Below are positions 10,726 through 21,571 of a DNA stretch of 64,000 bases, piece by piece (the first letter of the stretch is position 1; each line of letters starts with the position of its first letter). Under the pieces are notes generated by a model that saw only the letters and a program-made list of their open reading frames with translations, searched no databases and was not told the DNA's origin. Position numbers and translations under genes: made by a program. Source of the DNA: Candidatus Obscuribacteraceae bacterium (lineage in GTDB: Bacteria; Cyanobacteriota; Vampirovibrionia; Obscuribacterales; Obscuribacteraceae); assembly GCA_044229845.1 (NCBI GenBank), contig JBGASG010000009.1:96001-160000 (forward strand). Direction: 5' to 3'.

Positions 10726-11315
10726 ACTACCACTTCGCTAACCTTATCGATGGCATCCTTGAGTTTGGCGATCTCTTCCATGTGCAACTGGCGCCATACC
10801 TCATTGGTGGCTCGGAGCAGACCGTAGGCCTTCACCACGGACGGTGGCGTACCGAATTCGATGAACGACTGCCGCACCAGATCCATCTTTACGACCATGC
10901 TGCGTTCTTCATCTGTCAAGGTTTTCCAGCAGCGCTCTTCTCGTTGCAGCCGCTTGAACCATTCCGCCAGTTGCTGCCGGTGCGGATGGGTGGCGCCGGC
11001 TCTGATCAGTTTCAGATCCGACTGGCAGATATCAAACCCGATGTAATCGTGCCCGCAGCTGACATAAGGAAAGAGTTGTTCGATGCGAACATACTTTACG
11101 TCTTCACCAAGCTTAATAGGGGACGCCCCGTCGCGGGTCCAATCGTCGTGTTTGTCGATTCGCCACATGTAGTCCAGTTTGCCAAACGCGTCTTTACCGT
11201 CCGGAGCGAGCATGATTATGAACGTACCGCCCGTTAACAAGGGCAGTTTAGTATGCCAGCTGTGGGCGTTCATCAGGTGGGCGAGAAAGGCAGAACGTTG
11301 GGCTTCTGTGGTCAC
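10722..11315 (-). CDS. Hypothetical protein
   Basis: 197-aa ORF whose stop overlaps the kptA start; AAGGA RBS. Confidence 0.6.
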   Translation of the reverse strand: MTTEAQRSAFLAHLMNAHSWHTKLPLLTGGTFIIMLAPDGKDAFGKLDYMWRIDKHDDWTRDGASPIKLGEDVKYVRIEQLFPYVSCGHDYIGFDICQSDLKLIRAGATHPHRQQLAEWFKRLQREERCWKTLTDEERSMVVKMDLVRQSFIEFGTPPSVVKAYGLLRATNEVWRQLHMEEIAKLKDAIDKVSEVVV

Positions 11316-11502
11316 GGACGCTGATTCCTTCGCTTCGGCAGGAACCCATTTTAACTTGAAGGGCGATTGCGCGCGCTACCCCCTTTTAGGGGGAGGTAGA
11401 CTCGTGTTTACAAGCGGCATGGATGGATGCCCGGATGGGTACATCCAGAAGAGGGAAAATGGGCTGTGGCGTGGCCGTTTGCCTGTAGACAACCAAAGAG
11501 TC

Positions 11503-13740
11503 ATGGCTGAAAAAATTGTGTTGCACAAGAAGGAGCAGCAGACCGTCTCGCGGCGGTTGCTGTTTCTGGCTCCGTTTTTCCTTGCCAATACGGTCTTCGT
11601 GATGGCTCACTGGTTCGCTCCCACCCCCACCGCGATGGTTGGTTTCTGGCAGCAGGTGGTGGGAACGCTGCTGGGGTTGCTGGGCTTGCCAGCAGTCTAT
11701 GCCATCCTCTGGAAAAACTGTCTGGACAAGCGGCTGGAAGTGACGGACGGACGGCTGGTCGGTCTGCATGGGCTGGCCAATCATCAGCTTGCGGATCTGG
11801 CTGAGATTACAGGCGATGCCGGCAGCGAGAAGGATGACTTCCGAGATTCGATTATTTTGCGTTTTGCCAACGATGACGAGATTTCGTTGTATGTTGAAGA
11901 CTATGAGGAAAAGGAGCTGCTGTCGTTTCTTGCCCATCTGAAAAAAGAACGGCCCGATGTTCCATGCACTTATTCCGACATCATTTCACTGGAATCGCGG
12001 GGCTTGCTGCGGTTTCTCGTCAGTTCGGTCGAACCTGACAATGTTGTCCTCAAGCTCAGCAAAAGTCCATTTGAAGACACTGTTATGCGCCTGCTCAAGT
12101 CCCACGAGAGCATCTTCTGGCGCATCTATTCTTGTATGTGGATGGCTGCGGTGTTTGGACTGGCGGCCTTCAGCATCTTGATTGAGAATGAACGAAGCAC
12201 CGGCGTCAGCGTCTGGGATCCATCCAGGGTCGTCCACGATTTGCAGGCGGTGGTCTCTCACTCCGGCGGTCATCCTGGATTTTGGGACAACCTCAATCTG
12301 CAAGCTTGGGTCACCTATAAAGCAGCCTTCGATTACTTCATGGCTTCCGGCGTCGATTTCATGCGCGTTGTCTGGTTGCTGATCGGTGTGTTGGTGGTGG
12401 CAATTCCGATCATTCGATTGCTATCACCGACGTTTCTTTTTGTTGACGGTAACAGCCTCGGCTCTGGAACGCGATTTGTGCCCTGGGATAGAGCGAGCGC
12501 CATCAGTCTCAACCATGGCTCTGGTAGCGTGGATTCACTGGAGGACGGTACGCTGACGATCGAGTCGACGGCACAGAGCCCGCTGGAAATCGATCTGCGC
12601 CGAGTGACCGACGAAAAACAGCGACATTTGCTCTTGCGGCTGGTCGACAATTATGCAGGCAACGCCAAGCGCAATGCCGAGTTTATGCGCACTACCAACA
12701 CTCTGGTCGACTTGCAGTTCACGGACATCTGGCTCGACCAGCTGGAGGCAAGTGGCGGCACCGATGTGCCGAAGCCGGTGCCGGATGAAACCGGTGAACG
12801 CACGCTGGCTGCCGGCAAGTATCAGGTTTTGAGGGCGCTCGGGTTTGGTGGACAGGGAACAGCGTACCTGGGGCGGTCGGTAGAACCGCTGACGGTCTCT
12901 AGTGGTGACGCTGAAGAGGCAAAAGAGCCGACTGCGGCACCCTCCCGCGATGTGGTGGTCAAAGAGCTGGTGCTGCCCAATTACGCCGATGTGCGCGTGC
13001 TGCAGGATGCGACAGCCAGGTTCGAACGCGGAGCGACCTTGCTGGAGAGTCTGCGTCATCCGCAAATCGTTCGTCTTTGGGATCACTTCGTCGAGGACGG
13101 ACGGGCCTTTCTGGTTCTCGAATATATTGAAGGCAAAAACTTGAGACAGGTTGTTCAAGAGTCCGGCGCGTTCTCTCTCAAGCAAGTGTGCGAATTCGGC
13201 ATGCAGCTCTGCGAAATTTTGAGCTACCTGCATTCTCAACAGCCTGCGGTTATACACTGCGACTTCGCTCCCGATAACTTGATTCTGACACCGGGAGGCA
13301 AACTGAAACTCGTTGACTTCGACGTGGCTCAGGTTCTGGATGCGCGAGCTTATTCGTTTGTTGCGGGCAGACCGTCATATACGCCGCCGGAGCAGTTTCG
13401 CGGACAACCTACAACGCAGAGCGATGTATTTGCTCTGGGCGGCATATTGCATTTCTTGCTCAACGGCGCCGATCCGTCCCCTCTCGGTGCCAGTGCCGAG
13501 GGACCCGATGTGCAGACCGATTTTGAGCAGCTGATCGGTGAATGTCTGGCATTCGAAGCTTCTGAGCGACCGCAGTCCGCTGAAGATGTGCGCCTGCGTT
13601 TGCAGGCAATCGCCGCCGGGAGTAATGTCGGCAGTAATACCAGTAATACCGCCAGTGATGGCATACCGGAAGAGGACGATGATGGCGTGATTATAAAACT
13701 GGCGCAGCGCGAACCAAGTGAAGTAATTGTGGAAGGTTAG
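11503..13740 (+). CDS. Membrane Ser/Thr protein kinase (non-RD variant)
   Basis: TM segments; LGFGGQG, VVVKE, IHCDFAPDN, DFD, YTPPEQ, SDVFALG. Confidence 0.88.
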   Translation: MAEKIVLHKKEQQTVSRRLLFLAPFFLANTVFVMAHWFAPTPTAMVGFWQQVVGTLLGLLGLPAVYAILWKNCLDKRLEVTDGRLVGLHGLANHQLADLAEITGDAGSEKDDFRDSIILRFANDDEISLYVEDYEEKELLSFLAHLKKERPDVPCTYSDIISLESRGLLRFLVSSVEPDNVVLKLSKSPFEDTVMRLLKSHESIFWRIYSCMWMAAVFGLAAFSILIENERSTGVSVWDPSRVVHDLQAVVSHSGGHPGFWDNLNLQAWVTYKAAFDYFMASGVDFMRVVWLLIGVLVVAIPIIRLLSPTFLFVDGNSLGSGTRFVPWDRASAISLNHGSGSVDSLEDGTLTIESTAQSPLEIDLRRVTDEKQRHLLLRLVDNYAGNAKRNAEFMRTTNTLVDLQFTDIWLDQLEASGGTDVPKPVPDETGERTLAAGKYQVLRALGFGGQGTAYLGRSVEPLTVSSGDAEEAKEPTAAPSRDVVVKELVLPNYADVRVLQDATARFERGATLLESLRHPQIVRLWDHFVEDGRAFLVLEYIEGKNLRQVVQESGAFSLKQVCEFGMQLCEILSYLHSQQPAVIHCDFAPDNLILTPGGKLKLVDFDVAQVLDARAYSFVAGRPSYTPPEQFRGQPTTQSDVFALGGILHFLLNGADPSPLGASAEGPDVQTDFEQLIGECLAFEASERPQSAEDVRLRLQAIAAGSNVGSNTSNTASDGIPEEDDDGVIIKLAQREPSEVIVEG

Positions 13741-13759
13741 TTGATACTGTAAGGAAGGT

Positions 13760-15166
13760 TTGATCTTGGCTGACAGGACGGAAAAGGCAGCGGTAATCGA
13801 ATACACCAGTCCGCTTGCCGGCTACTGCAGAATCATGGCAGTCACTGCAACCGCCGGACTGATTGTTTTCTTTCCCCTGCCCTTCATCGCCTCGGTAATG
13901 TTCGGATCGCATCCGGTGATTACTGTATTGTTGGTGACTATCGCTGTCCTTTCACTTTTGTTCTTTGCTCTGGCGATCAATGCATATCGCAGCAACCGGG
14001 CCGGGCGACTGATTATCACCGACACCGGCATCATGTGGGGAAGATCTGCCAGGAAGGGTGGTTTGCCCTGGAGCAAAGTGAAGACGATCAGTTTCTTGAA
14101 GAAACCTCTTGGTGACGCCACGGATGGTGAGTTTGTCATAAAGCGCGAGTCTGGTTCGCCGCTTTCGCTGCAGACGTCCTCCCTGTCTCAGGAAAATCTG
14201 GACAAGCTGGTTTCGGCGTGCTCGCTCTGGGCTAATGCATGGTCAAAAGATGAATCGTTTACTCAACTCCTGGAGTCGGTGACGAGAAAACGCAGCGACA
14301 CCAGCGATTCAAATTTCACCGCGCTCTGGATGCAGGAGTCGCAGCGCCGATTGAACACGACGCCATTTGTTCCGCTGGCTCCAGGCAAGAGCCTGCAAAA
14401 CGGACGCGTTAAAGTTGTTCAGCCGTTAACGGCAGGCGGCTGGTCTGCCATTTACCTGTGCCAATGGACAGAGAACACGCCGGCGATCTTGAAAGAAGCC
14501 GTGGTGCCGCCCCTGGTGGCAGCGCCGGTGAAGGAGAAGGCATACGAGCATTTCGAGCGCGAGGCAGTATTGCTGTCCGGGCTCGAACACAAGCAGATTG
14601 CCAAAGTGCTGGACTATTTCATCGAGGATGGGCGGCAGTACATGGTGCTCGAGCGTCTGACCGGCGCCAACTTGCGAACTTTCATCAAGGACAAGGGTGC
14701 CGTTTCTCACAAACAAGCATCTAAGTGGATCGGGGAACTGGTCGATATCCTCTCTTATTTGCACAGCCGCCAACCGGCGATTATTCACCGCGACCTCACC
14801 CCGGAGAATCTGGTGCTTGATATGAAAGGCTCGCTTGTGCTGATCGATTTCGGTTCTGCCAACGAGTTTGTCGCCACCTGCACAGGTACACTGGTCGGCA
14901 AGCCGTCGTACATCGCACCGGAACAGTTCTCCGGACACTCGACTTTGCAGAGCGATCTTTATTCACTGGGCGCCGTTATCTACTTCATGTACACAGGACA
15001 GGATCCCGAACCATTGACGGTGGCAAGCCCAAGGGCGGCAAATGCTGCCGTCCCTGAAGAAGTAGACAAACTGGTTGCTGATCTCATGAAGCTTGACCTC
15101 AAACAGCGCCTGAAAAATATCGATGCTGTCAAACAACGTCTTTCGGCGACTGCAGTCGAGACCTAA
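13760..15166 (+). CDS. Membrane Ser/Thr protein kinase
   Basis: Two TM segments; AILKE, IHRDLTPEN, DFG, YIAPEQ, SDLYSLG. Confidence 0.92.
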   Translation: MILADRTEKAAVIEYTSPLAGYCRIMAVTATAGLIVFFPLPFIASVMFGSHPVITVLLVTIAVLSLLFFALAINAYRSNRAGRLIITDTGIMWGRSARKGGLPWSKVKTISFLKKPLGDATDGEFVIKRESGSPLSLQTSSLSQENLDKLVSACSLWANAWSKDESFTQLLESVTRKRSDTSDSNFTALWMQESQRRLNTTPFVPLAPGKSLQNGRVKVVQPLTAGGWSAIYLCQWTENTPAILKEAVVPPLVAAPVKEKAYEHFEREAVLLSGLEHKQIAKVLDYFIEDGRQYMVLERLTGANLRTFIKDKGAVSHKQASKWIGELVDILSYLHSRQPAIIHRDLTPENLVLDMKGSLVLIDFGSANEFVATCTGTLVGKPSYIAPEQFSGHSTLQSDLYSLGAVIYFMYTGQDPEPLTVASPRAANAAVPEEVDKLVADLMKLDLKQRLKNIDAVKQRLSATAVET

Positions 15167-15642
15167 TCGCGCGAGACCATCTTTTTGAACCAGATCATTG
15201 CGCCTTCGCTGTCTCGAAGCGTGGCGTCATGCTGCCAGTTAAACCACTCAACGCGACCACCGGCGTGGATGTTCATCGATGTGATGGTGGCGCCTTTGGT
15301 GTCGAGGAAAACCAGCTCTACACCAGGACCGAATTCGATGAATGAAACTTGCTGCGCGTTCACCTTCAGGATATTTGTCAGCTGCTTCACGTCTGCCGGG
15401 CTGTTCAATTTGAAAGTAGACTTCTTCAAGTGCCAATCACTAATTGCCCAGTCATTCGGACGCACAATCACTGAGGTGGTCTTTTTCAGCACCGCATCCA
15501 GAGCTGCCTGATCTGCTTCCGGTTGGTCGGCTCGGCAAGTGGCGCCGATGCTGCGTAAGTACTTCACCACGCCGGCGGCATCTTTTCCGGAGTCGAGAGC
15601 GAGATCGAGGGGTGTTTTGAGAAATTGCGATTTCGCGTTGAC
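15163..15642 (-). pseudogene. C-terminal fragment of the ankyrin-repeat gene split by the IS605 element
   Basis: Begins VNAKSQFLKTPLDLA..YLRSIGA (end of an ankyrin repeat) exactly at the IS left end. Confidence 0.8.
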
Positions 15643-15711
15643 CAAGATGCGCGGCAAGCCTCGTCCTTCAGGGCGAGGAGGATAGCGCCGGCGGCGCAGA
15701 CGCCTTGTCGA

Positions 15712-16128
15712 TCAGTGTGGGGTGCGTTGCTGCTCAATATACTGGCGAACAATGCTGATAGGGGCGCCTCCGCAACTTCCAGCGAAGTAGCTAGGAGACC
15801 ATAGACTGTCTCCCCAGAGCTTCTTGGAGATGGCGGCACCATGTTGCTTCCGAAGCAGACGACTGGAAACACCTTTCAGGCTGTTTACTAGATGCGAAAT
15901 TGCGACTTTCGGAGGATAAGTCACCAACAAATGGACATGGTCGTCTTCGCCGTTGAATTCGAGCAATTCAGCCTCAAAGTCCTCGCAAACATCGGAGAAA
16001 ATCTCCTGAAGATCGGACAACAGGGATTTAGTGAATACAAATCGATGATATTTGGTCACAAAGACCAAATGCACATGCAAATTGAACACGCAGTGTCTAC
16101 CGCGTCTAATGTCAGTGGCAGCTTTCAT
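15712..16128 (-). CDS. tnpA: IS200/IS605 Y1 HUH transposase
   Basis: HLVFVTKY, DHVHLL (HUH), LKGVSSR, LWSPSYF, catalytic Tyr in RQYIEQQ. Confidence 0.95.
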   Translation of the reverse strand: MKAATDIRRGRHCVFNLHVHLVFVTKYHRFVFTKSLLSDLQEIFSDVCEDFEAELLEFNGEDDHVHLLVTYPPKVAISHLVNSLKGVSSRLLRKQHGAAISKKLWGDSLWSPSYFAGSCGGAPISIVRQYIEQQRTPH

Positions 16129-16151
16129 AGACCAACAGTATAATTCAATGT

Positions 16152-17363
16152 ATGAAACGACTGCAAGCATACAAATTTCAGTTGATGGCGACGCCAACGC
16201 AAGAGCGCAAAATGGCACGCTTTGCTGGTTGCCGACGCTTTGTGTATAACGAAGCGCTGGCATTGCAGAAGCGGCGTTTTGAATCTGGTGAATCAAGATT
16301 GGGATATGCTGCGCTGTGCAGAGAACTTACAAAGTGGCGGCATTTGAAAGAAAAGTCGTTTTTGGCGGAGGCACCAACACATCCACTTCAGCAAGCGCTG
16401 AAAGATCTAGAGCGAGCGTACGGCAATTTCTTTGGTGGTCGCGGCGGGTTACCGAAGTTTCACAGACGAGGGAGACAGGATGGATTTCGTTATCCAGATC
16501 CGAAACAGATCAAGCACGATGAGGTGAATGGCAGGATCTTCTTGCCTAAATTGGGATGGATGCGATACCGAAAGAGTCGGGAAATAGCAGGTGCGATCAA
16601 GCAAGTTACAGTGGTTCGAAAGTGCGGACGGTGGTACGTGAGCATCCAGACAGAGCGTGAATTGATCGGCAAAGAGCGAGTCAACGACTCGATGGTAGGG
16701 ATAGATATGGGGGTTGCGAGATTTGCCACGTTATCTGATGGCACTGTGTACGAGCCGGAAAATCACTACAGGAGGAACGAGAAACGGCTGGCGAAGGCGC
16801 AGCGGCAGATGTCGCGAAAGCGCAAGTTCGGAGCCAATTGGAGGAAGCAATTGAGGCGCGTTAAGCAGCTGCACATGCGAATCGCCGAATGTCGGAGAGA
16901 CTTTCTGCACAAGAGCACCACGACCATCTGCAAGAACCACGCGATGGTAGTGATAGAAGATCTTTGTGTGAAGGGAATGAGTGCGTCAGCTGCTGGTACG
17001 TTGGAGAGACCTGGAACAAATGTCAGAGCGAAAGCCGGATTAAACAAGGCCATATTAGATCAGGGCTGGGGAGAGTTTCGGCGCCAGCTGGAGTACAAGC
17101 AGTTGTGGCAAGGGGGCATTGTGATTGCGGTGGCGCCGCGAAACACAAGCCGAATGTGTGCTAAATGTGGACATACTGATGCCGGCAATAGAACTGCCCA
17201 GGAAAAGTTCAAGTGTGTTGCATGTGGAGAGGCTGAAAATGCTGATCTCAATGCAGCGCGCAACATACTGGCGGCGGGGCGCGCCGTTATAGCCTGTGGA
17301 GAGGTGCCGATGGGTGCCTCGGCGAAGCAGGAACCCACCGTGTCGGCAGCTTCGGCTGCTTAG
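16152..17363 (+). CDS. tnpB: RNA-guided endonuclease TnpB
   Basis: RuvC GIDMG / IEDL / ADLNAARN; zinc finger CAKC..CVAC; N-terminal [14 protein letters not shown]. Confidence 0.95.
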   Translation: MKRLQAYKFQLMATPTQERKMARFAGCRRFVYNEALALQKRRFESGESRLGYAALCRELTKWRHLKEKSFLAEAPTHPLQQALKDLERAYGNFFGGRGGLPKFHRRGRQDGFRYPDPKQIKHDEVNGRIFLPKLGWMRYRKSREIAGAIKQVTVVRKCGRWYVSIQTERELIGKERVNDSMVGIDMGVARFATLSDGTVYEPENHYRRNEKRLAKAQRQMSRKRKFGANWRKQLRRVKQLHMRIAECRRDFLHKSTTTICKNHAMVVIEDLCVKGMSASAAGTLERPGTNVRAKAGLNKAILDQGWGEFRRQLEYKQLWQGGIVIAVAPRNTSRMCAKCGHTDAGNRTAQEKFKCVACGEAENADLNAARNILAAGRAVIACGEVPMGASAKQEPTVSAASAA

Positions 17364-17400
17364 CCGGAATCCCCTTCCTTCAGGGAGGGGAGGACGTCAA

Positions 17401-18487
17401 GTTTGCATGTGACCAACAGTTTCACAACCTCCAGACTGCCGCGCTCTGCAGCCGAATGCAGCGGCGTTTTCATCTCATCCAGTGAAAGAGGTGCGTTGAT
17501 GGTGCCATGGCTGCTGAAGCGCCTGGACTCCAGATTGGCGCCATGCTTGATCAATACTTCGGCAGCTGCCGGAAGATTACAGGACGCCGCCCAGTGCAAC
17601 GGGGTGGTATCACCTTCCGACCGGGAATTGACGTTGGCCCCATGATCGATCAACAGCAGCATAATGTCCGGACGGTTGGCCCATGTAGCCATGAAGAGCG
17701 GTGTCCAATGGTTGATGCCACTGGCTTTATTGACGTCGGCACCGGCCTTGATCAGCTGTCCTATCGTTTCTTTATTCGAATGGCTGCAGGCATCGGTGAG
17801 CAAGGTTTGTCCGAAGTCCACAGTGTCGTTGGCACTGAAGCCGCTTGCGATCAAGTAACGAACAACAGAGTCGCGATTGTTGTAGGCAGCGATTGCCAGC
17901 GCCGATCTTTTCTTTTCCGCGGAGAGCTTTTTCAATTGCGCCAGTGGCGTTGCTTTCACCAGGTCGAGCCGACCGAGTCCGCAAGCGGACAGCGGCGAAA
18001 TGGTGGCACCGTGTGCAACCAGCATGTCGGCAATCTCGCTGTTGTGATTCCACAGCGCTTCTTCCAGCGGCGAGGTGCGGTCGGCGCCGGCCAGGTTGAC
18101 ATTGGCACCGTGCGCTAGAAGAATCGGCACCACATTTTTGCACCCCTGGCGAGACGCAATGTGGAGGGCGCTTTCCGGACCGGTGTCTACCGGCGCATGC
18201 AGCCGCAGGAGCACCTTTGTTATCTCAATGCGATCCCCCGAGGCAGCAAGCTGCAGCGGAGTCTCTTTAGTGCCGGCCTTGAAGTCGCTGAAAACGACGG
18301 CGTTGATCAGTTGCGGGTCTGACTTCAGAATCGCTTCAACCTGGGACGGTTTCTCATCGAAGATGGCTCGTGCCAGTTTGTCTGTCTTGGCATTTCGGTC
18401 AAAAGAGGAGCCGGCTTCGCATGGTTGGACGCCCATAACGAAAGCCGAGATTGCCACTGTGAGCAGCGAAGCCGTAAGTCGTTTCAT
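17401..18487 (-). pseudogene. Secreted ankyrin-repeat protein, N-terminal part (interrupted)
   Basis: Signal peptide; repeated TPLH/GANVN ankyrin motifs; the ORF runs into the IS right end. Confidence 0.88.
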
Positions 18488-18781
18488 GTCTGGTTTCCGC
18501 TGGGTGCTGTGATTCTACTTGTCGACTTTAGGCGTGGACACGGTATTAAGGAGAGGAGTTAGATTAAACGTGCGGTTCCGCGCGCACATAGCTGGACGAA
18601 TCGGCTAATCTTCTGAGGCAAAATCCCACTAACCCCACGGGGCGGGCATGGAAAGAAGTTCAGAGGAATTTCTTTCTGCGCCGCAAACCTTTGTCAAGGT
18701 GACGGAAGTACTGGATTCTGCCGGGTTGCCAGCCCTTCGGGCGGGCATATCGCACATACCCCCCTAGGAATTTGAGGCTTC

Positions 18782-21550
18782 ATGGCTAAACAAACGCAGA
18801 GTTTCCGTATCCCCGAGCGCACCCGCCTTGACTATGCGCGCGACCACATCGAACCGTGGAAAAAATGGGGACCATATCTGAGCGAGCGCCAATGGGGCAC
18901 AGTTCGCGAAGACTACAGCGATAACGGCGATGCCTGGAACTACTTCACCCACGACATGTCGCGCTCGCGAGCCTACCGCTGGGGCGAGGATGGGCTGGCC
19001 GGCATTAGCGACGACCACCAAGTGCTCTGCTTTGCGCTGGCGATGTGGAACGGCCGCTGCCCGATCGTCAAAGAAAGACTTTACGGATTGACCAACACTG
19101 AAGGCAATCACGGCGAAGACGTGAAGGAGTACTACTTCTACCTAGACAGCACGCCCACGCATTCGTACATGAAGTACTTGTACAAGTATCCGCAACGTCC
19201 GTTTCCCTACGCCGAATTGATCGATGGCAATCGCAATCGCGGCAAGGATCAGTTCGAGTATGAGTTGCTCGACACTGGAGTCTTCGATGACGATCGGTAC
19301 TACGACGTTTTTGTCGAGTACGCCAAAAAATCCGCTGAGGATGTGCACGTCAAAATCACCGTGATCAATCGCGGACCTGATCTGGCGACGATCGATCTAC
19401 TGCCGACCCTCTGGTTCCGCAATACCTGGTCGTGGAAAGACGGCGGATCGAAGCCGGAAATCAGAGACGACAGCACCGAGCAGTTCTCGGCTGCCTATGC
19501 CTGCAATACCGACTGCAACCTCGAGGAGTTCATCCGTCAGTATCACCTCTACTGCGATCGCAAGGTGCCGTTGCTTTTCACTGAAAACGAAACCAACAAC
19601 AAGAAACTCTACGGCACTGATAACGAGAATCAGTATTGCAAGGATGGTATCAACGAATTTATCGTGCACGGCAACCACTCCGCAATCAACCCTGAAAATT
19701 GCGGCACCAAGGTTGCTGCTCACTACAGACTGACCATTCCGCCCGGCGGAACCGAGGTTGTGCGCCTGCGCCTGCGCGCCAGTGCTCTCGAAGATCCGCT
19801 CGACGAGTTTGATGAAACCTTCGCCGATCGCATTGCCGAAGCAGACGAATTTTACGATGAACTGATGGCACCGGAAATGCGCGGGCCCGGCAAAGATAAG
19901 GAAGATCGCCGGCGCGTCTGGCGCCAGGCTCTGAGCGGTATGCTGTGGGGCAAACAGTATTTCTATTATGACGTCGATCAATGGCTGCGCGAGCATAACG
20001 TCAGCCCCTGGTCACCGAGCTCTCACCAGGCCAAAGTGCGCAATGCCAATTGGTTCCACATGCACAACGACGACATCATCTCGATGCCGGACAAGTGGGA
20101 GTATCCATGGTATGCCGCGTGGGATCTGGCGTTTCACATGTTGCCGCTCAATTTGCTTGATTCGGATTTCGCCAAATCGCAGCTCGACATGATGCTGCGC
20201 AACTCCTATCTGCATCCAAATGGGCAGATACCAGCCTACGAGTGGAACTTCAGCGACGTCAATCCGCCTGTGCATGCCTTTGCGACGTTTCATGCCTTCA
20301 TGTTCGACAGAGCTCGTCGCGACGACGGTAAGGGTGATATCGACTTTCTCAAATACGCCTTCTCCAAGCTGCTGGTTAACTTCACCTGGTGGGTCAATCG
20401 CAAAGATCCGCGTGGGCAGAATGTCTTCGATGGCGGCTTCCTCGGACTGGACAATATTGGCGTCTTTGACCGCAGCGCCGCGCTGCCCACAGGTGGTGCG
20501 CTCGAGCAAGCCGACGGTACGGCATGGATGGTTTTCTACAGCCAGCAAATGTTGAACATCGCCGTTGAGCTGGCCCAAGAAGATCCGCTCTACGAAGAGT
20601 TCGCCATGAAGTTCTTCAAACACACCTTGTGGATCGCGGCAGCCATGGACAGATTGGGTATGCACAGCGACGAACTGTGGGATGAGAAAGACGGATTTTT
20701 CTACGACGTGTTGCGTCTGCCCAACGGACAGGCCATGCGTCTGCCGGTGCGTTCTATGGTCGGACTGCTGCCGTTGTGTTCGGTGGTCATGTTTGAGGAT
20801 GAAACCTGGAATCGCATTCCCGGTTTCAAAACTCAAGCTCTCAAGTTTGTAGAGCGGCATGGTGAGCTGTGCGCCAATATCCATCTTCCCAATTTGATTG
20901 GGCACCGCGGGCGGCGTATGCTCTCAGTTTGTGATGAAACAAAACTGCGCCTGATCTTTAAACGCTTGTTCGACGAAAAAGAATTCTTGAGTGACTTTGG
21001 TATTCGCAGCCTCTCGCGAGCACACCTGGACAATCCATTTGTCTACAAATACGGTAACGAAGAGTTCCGCGTCGAGTACGTTCCAGGCGAGTCCAACACC
21101 GGTATGTTCGGAGGCAATTCCAACTGGCGCGGTCCGATCTGGTTCCCGATGAACATGCTGATCATTCGCGCGCTGCTCAACTACTACAGCTATTTCGGCA
21201 AGGACTTCACAGTCGAATATCCAACCGGCTCCGGAAATCAAATGCACTTATTCGCGATCTGTCAGGATTTGATGGACAGATTGACGCGCATCTTTTTGAG
21301 AGACGAAAACGGACGGCGCGCCGTATATGGTGGCACCGAAAAATTCCAATCCGATCCTCACTGGCGCGATCATATTCTTTTCTATGAATATTTCCATGGA
21401 GACAACGGAGCCGGTCTGGGGGCAAGCCATCAAACGGGCTGGACCGGGCTGGTCGCCCAAATACTCTGGTTAAGAGATTTACTCACTGAAGAAACCTGGT
21501 TAAACGCCGCTCCGATGAAGGAAATTGCTAAAATTGCTGCATCGCGATAA
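18782..21550 (+). CDS. MGH1-like/GH63-type glucosidase
   Basis: WGPYLSERQWGTVREDYS, SMPDKWEYPWYAAWDLAFH, NWRGPIWFP, GASHQTGWT. Confidence 0.9.
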   Translation: MAKQTQSFRIPERTRLDYARDHIEPWKKWGPYLSERQWGTVREDYSDNGDAWNYFTHDMSRSRAYRWGEDGLAGISDDHQVLCFALAMWNGRCPIVKERLYGLTNTEGNHGEDVKEYYFYLDSTPTHSYMKYLYKYPQRPFPYAELIDGNRNRGKDQFEYELLDTGVFDDDRYYDVFVEYAKKSAEDVHVKITVINRGPDLATIDLLPTLWFRNTWSWKDGGSKPEIRDDSTEQFSAAYACNTDCNLEEFIRQYHLYCDRKVPLLFTENETNNKKLYGTDNENQYCKDGINEFIVHGNHSAINPENCGTKVAAHYRLTIPPGGTEVVRLRLRASALEDPLDEFDETFADRIAEADEFYDELMAPEMRGPGKDKEDRRRVWRQALSGMLWGKQYFYYDVDQWLREHNVSPWSPSSHQAKVRNANWFHMHNDDIISMPDKWEYPWYAAWDLAFHMLPLNLLDSDFAKSQLDMMLRNSYLHPNGQIPAYEWNFSDVNPPVHAFATFHAFMFDRARRDDGKGDIDFLKYAFSKLLVNFTWWVNRKDPRGQNVFDGGFLGLDNIGVFDRSAALPTGGALEQADGTAWMVFYSQQMLNIAVELAQEDPLYEEFAMKFFKHTLWIAAAMDRLGMHSDELWDEKDGFFYDVLRLPNGQAMRLPVRSMVGLLPLCSVVMFEDETWNRIPGFKTQALKFVERHGELCANIHLPNLIGHRGRRMLSVCDETKLRLIFKRLFDEKEFLSDFGIRSLSRAHLDNPFVYKYGNEEFRVEYVPGESNTGMFGGNSNWRGPIWFPMNMLIIRALLNYYSYFGKDFTVEYPTGSGNQMHLFAICQDLMDRLTRIFLRDENGRRAVYGGTEKFQSDPHWRDHILFYEYFHGDNGAGLGASHQTGWTGLVAQILWLRDLLTEETWLNAAPMKEIAKIAASR

Positions 21551-21571
21551 CCACCCCGTGAGATTAAAACC

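Larger units (their letters stand above)
15643..17400. mobile_element. IS200/IS605 family element (IS605 type, divergent tnpA and tnpB)
   Basis: Inserted 3' of TTGAC. Left end: CAAG plus hairpin CCTCGTCC-TTCA-GGGCGAGG. Right end: GAAT plus hairpin CCCCTTCC-TTCA-GGGAGGGG, then TCAA. No target-site duplication. Confidence 0.93.

Noticed and set aside
11179..11502. Extended N-terminus of the first kinase in the ORF track
   Set aside because: Overlaps the divergent gene; ATG 11503 is the more plausible start.
15643..17400. IStron (group I intron plus IS) that could splice out of the ankyrin gene
   Set aside because: No room for an intron core between the left end and tnpA, and the element's left-to-right axis is antisense to the host gene.
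18682..18730. GCAAACC..GGTGACG..GCCGGGTTGCC resembling a c-di-GMP-I riboswitch upstream of the glucosidase
   Set aside because: Lacks the GNRA tetraloop, the receptor and the 5' P1 strand; would need an Infernal RF01051 hit.
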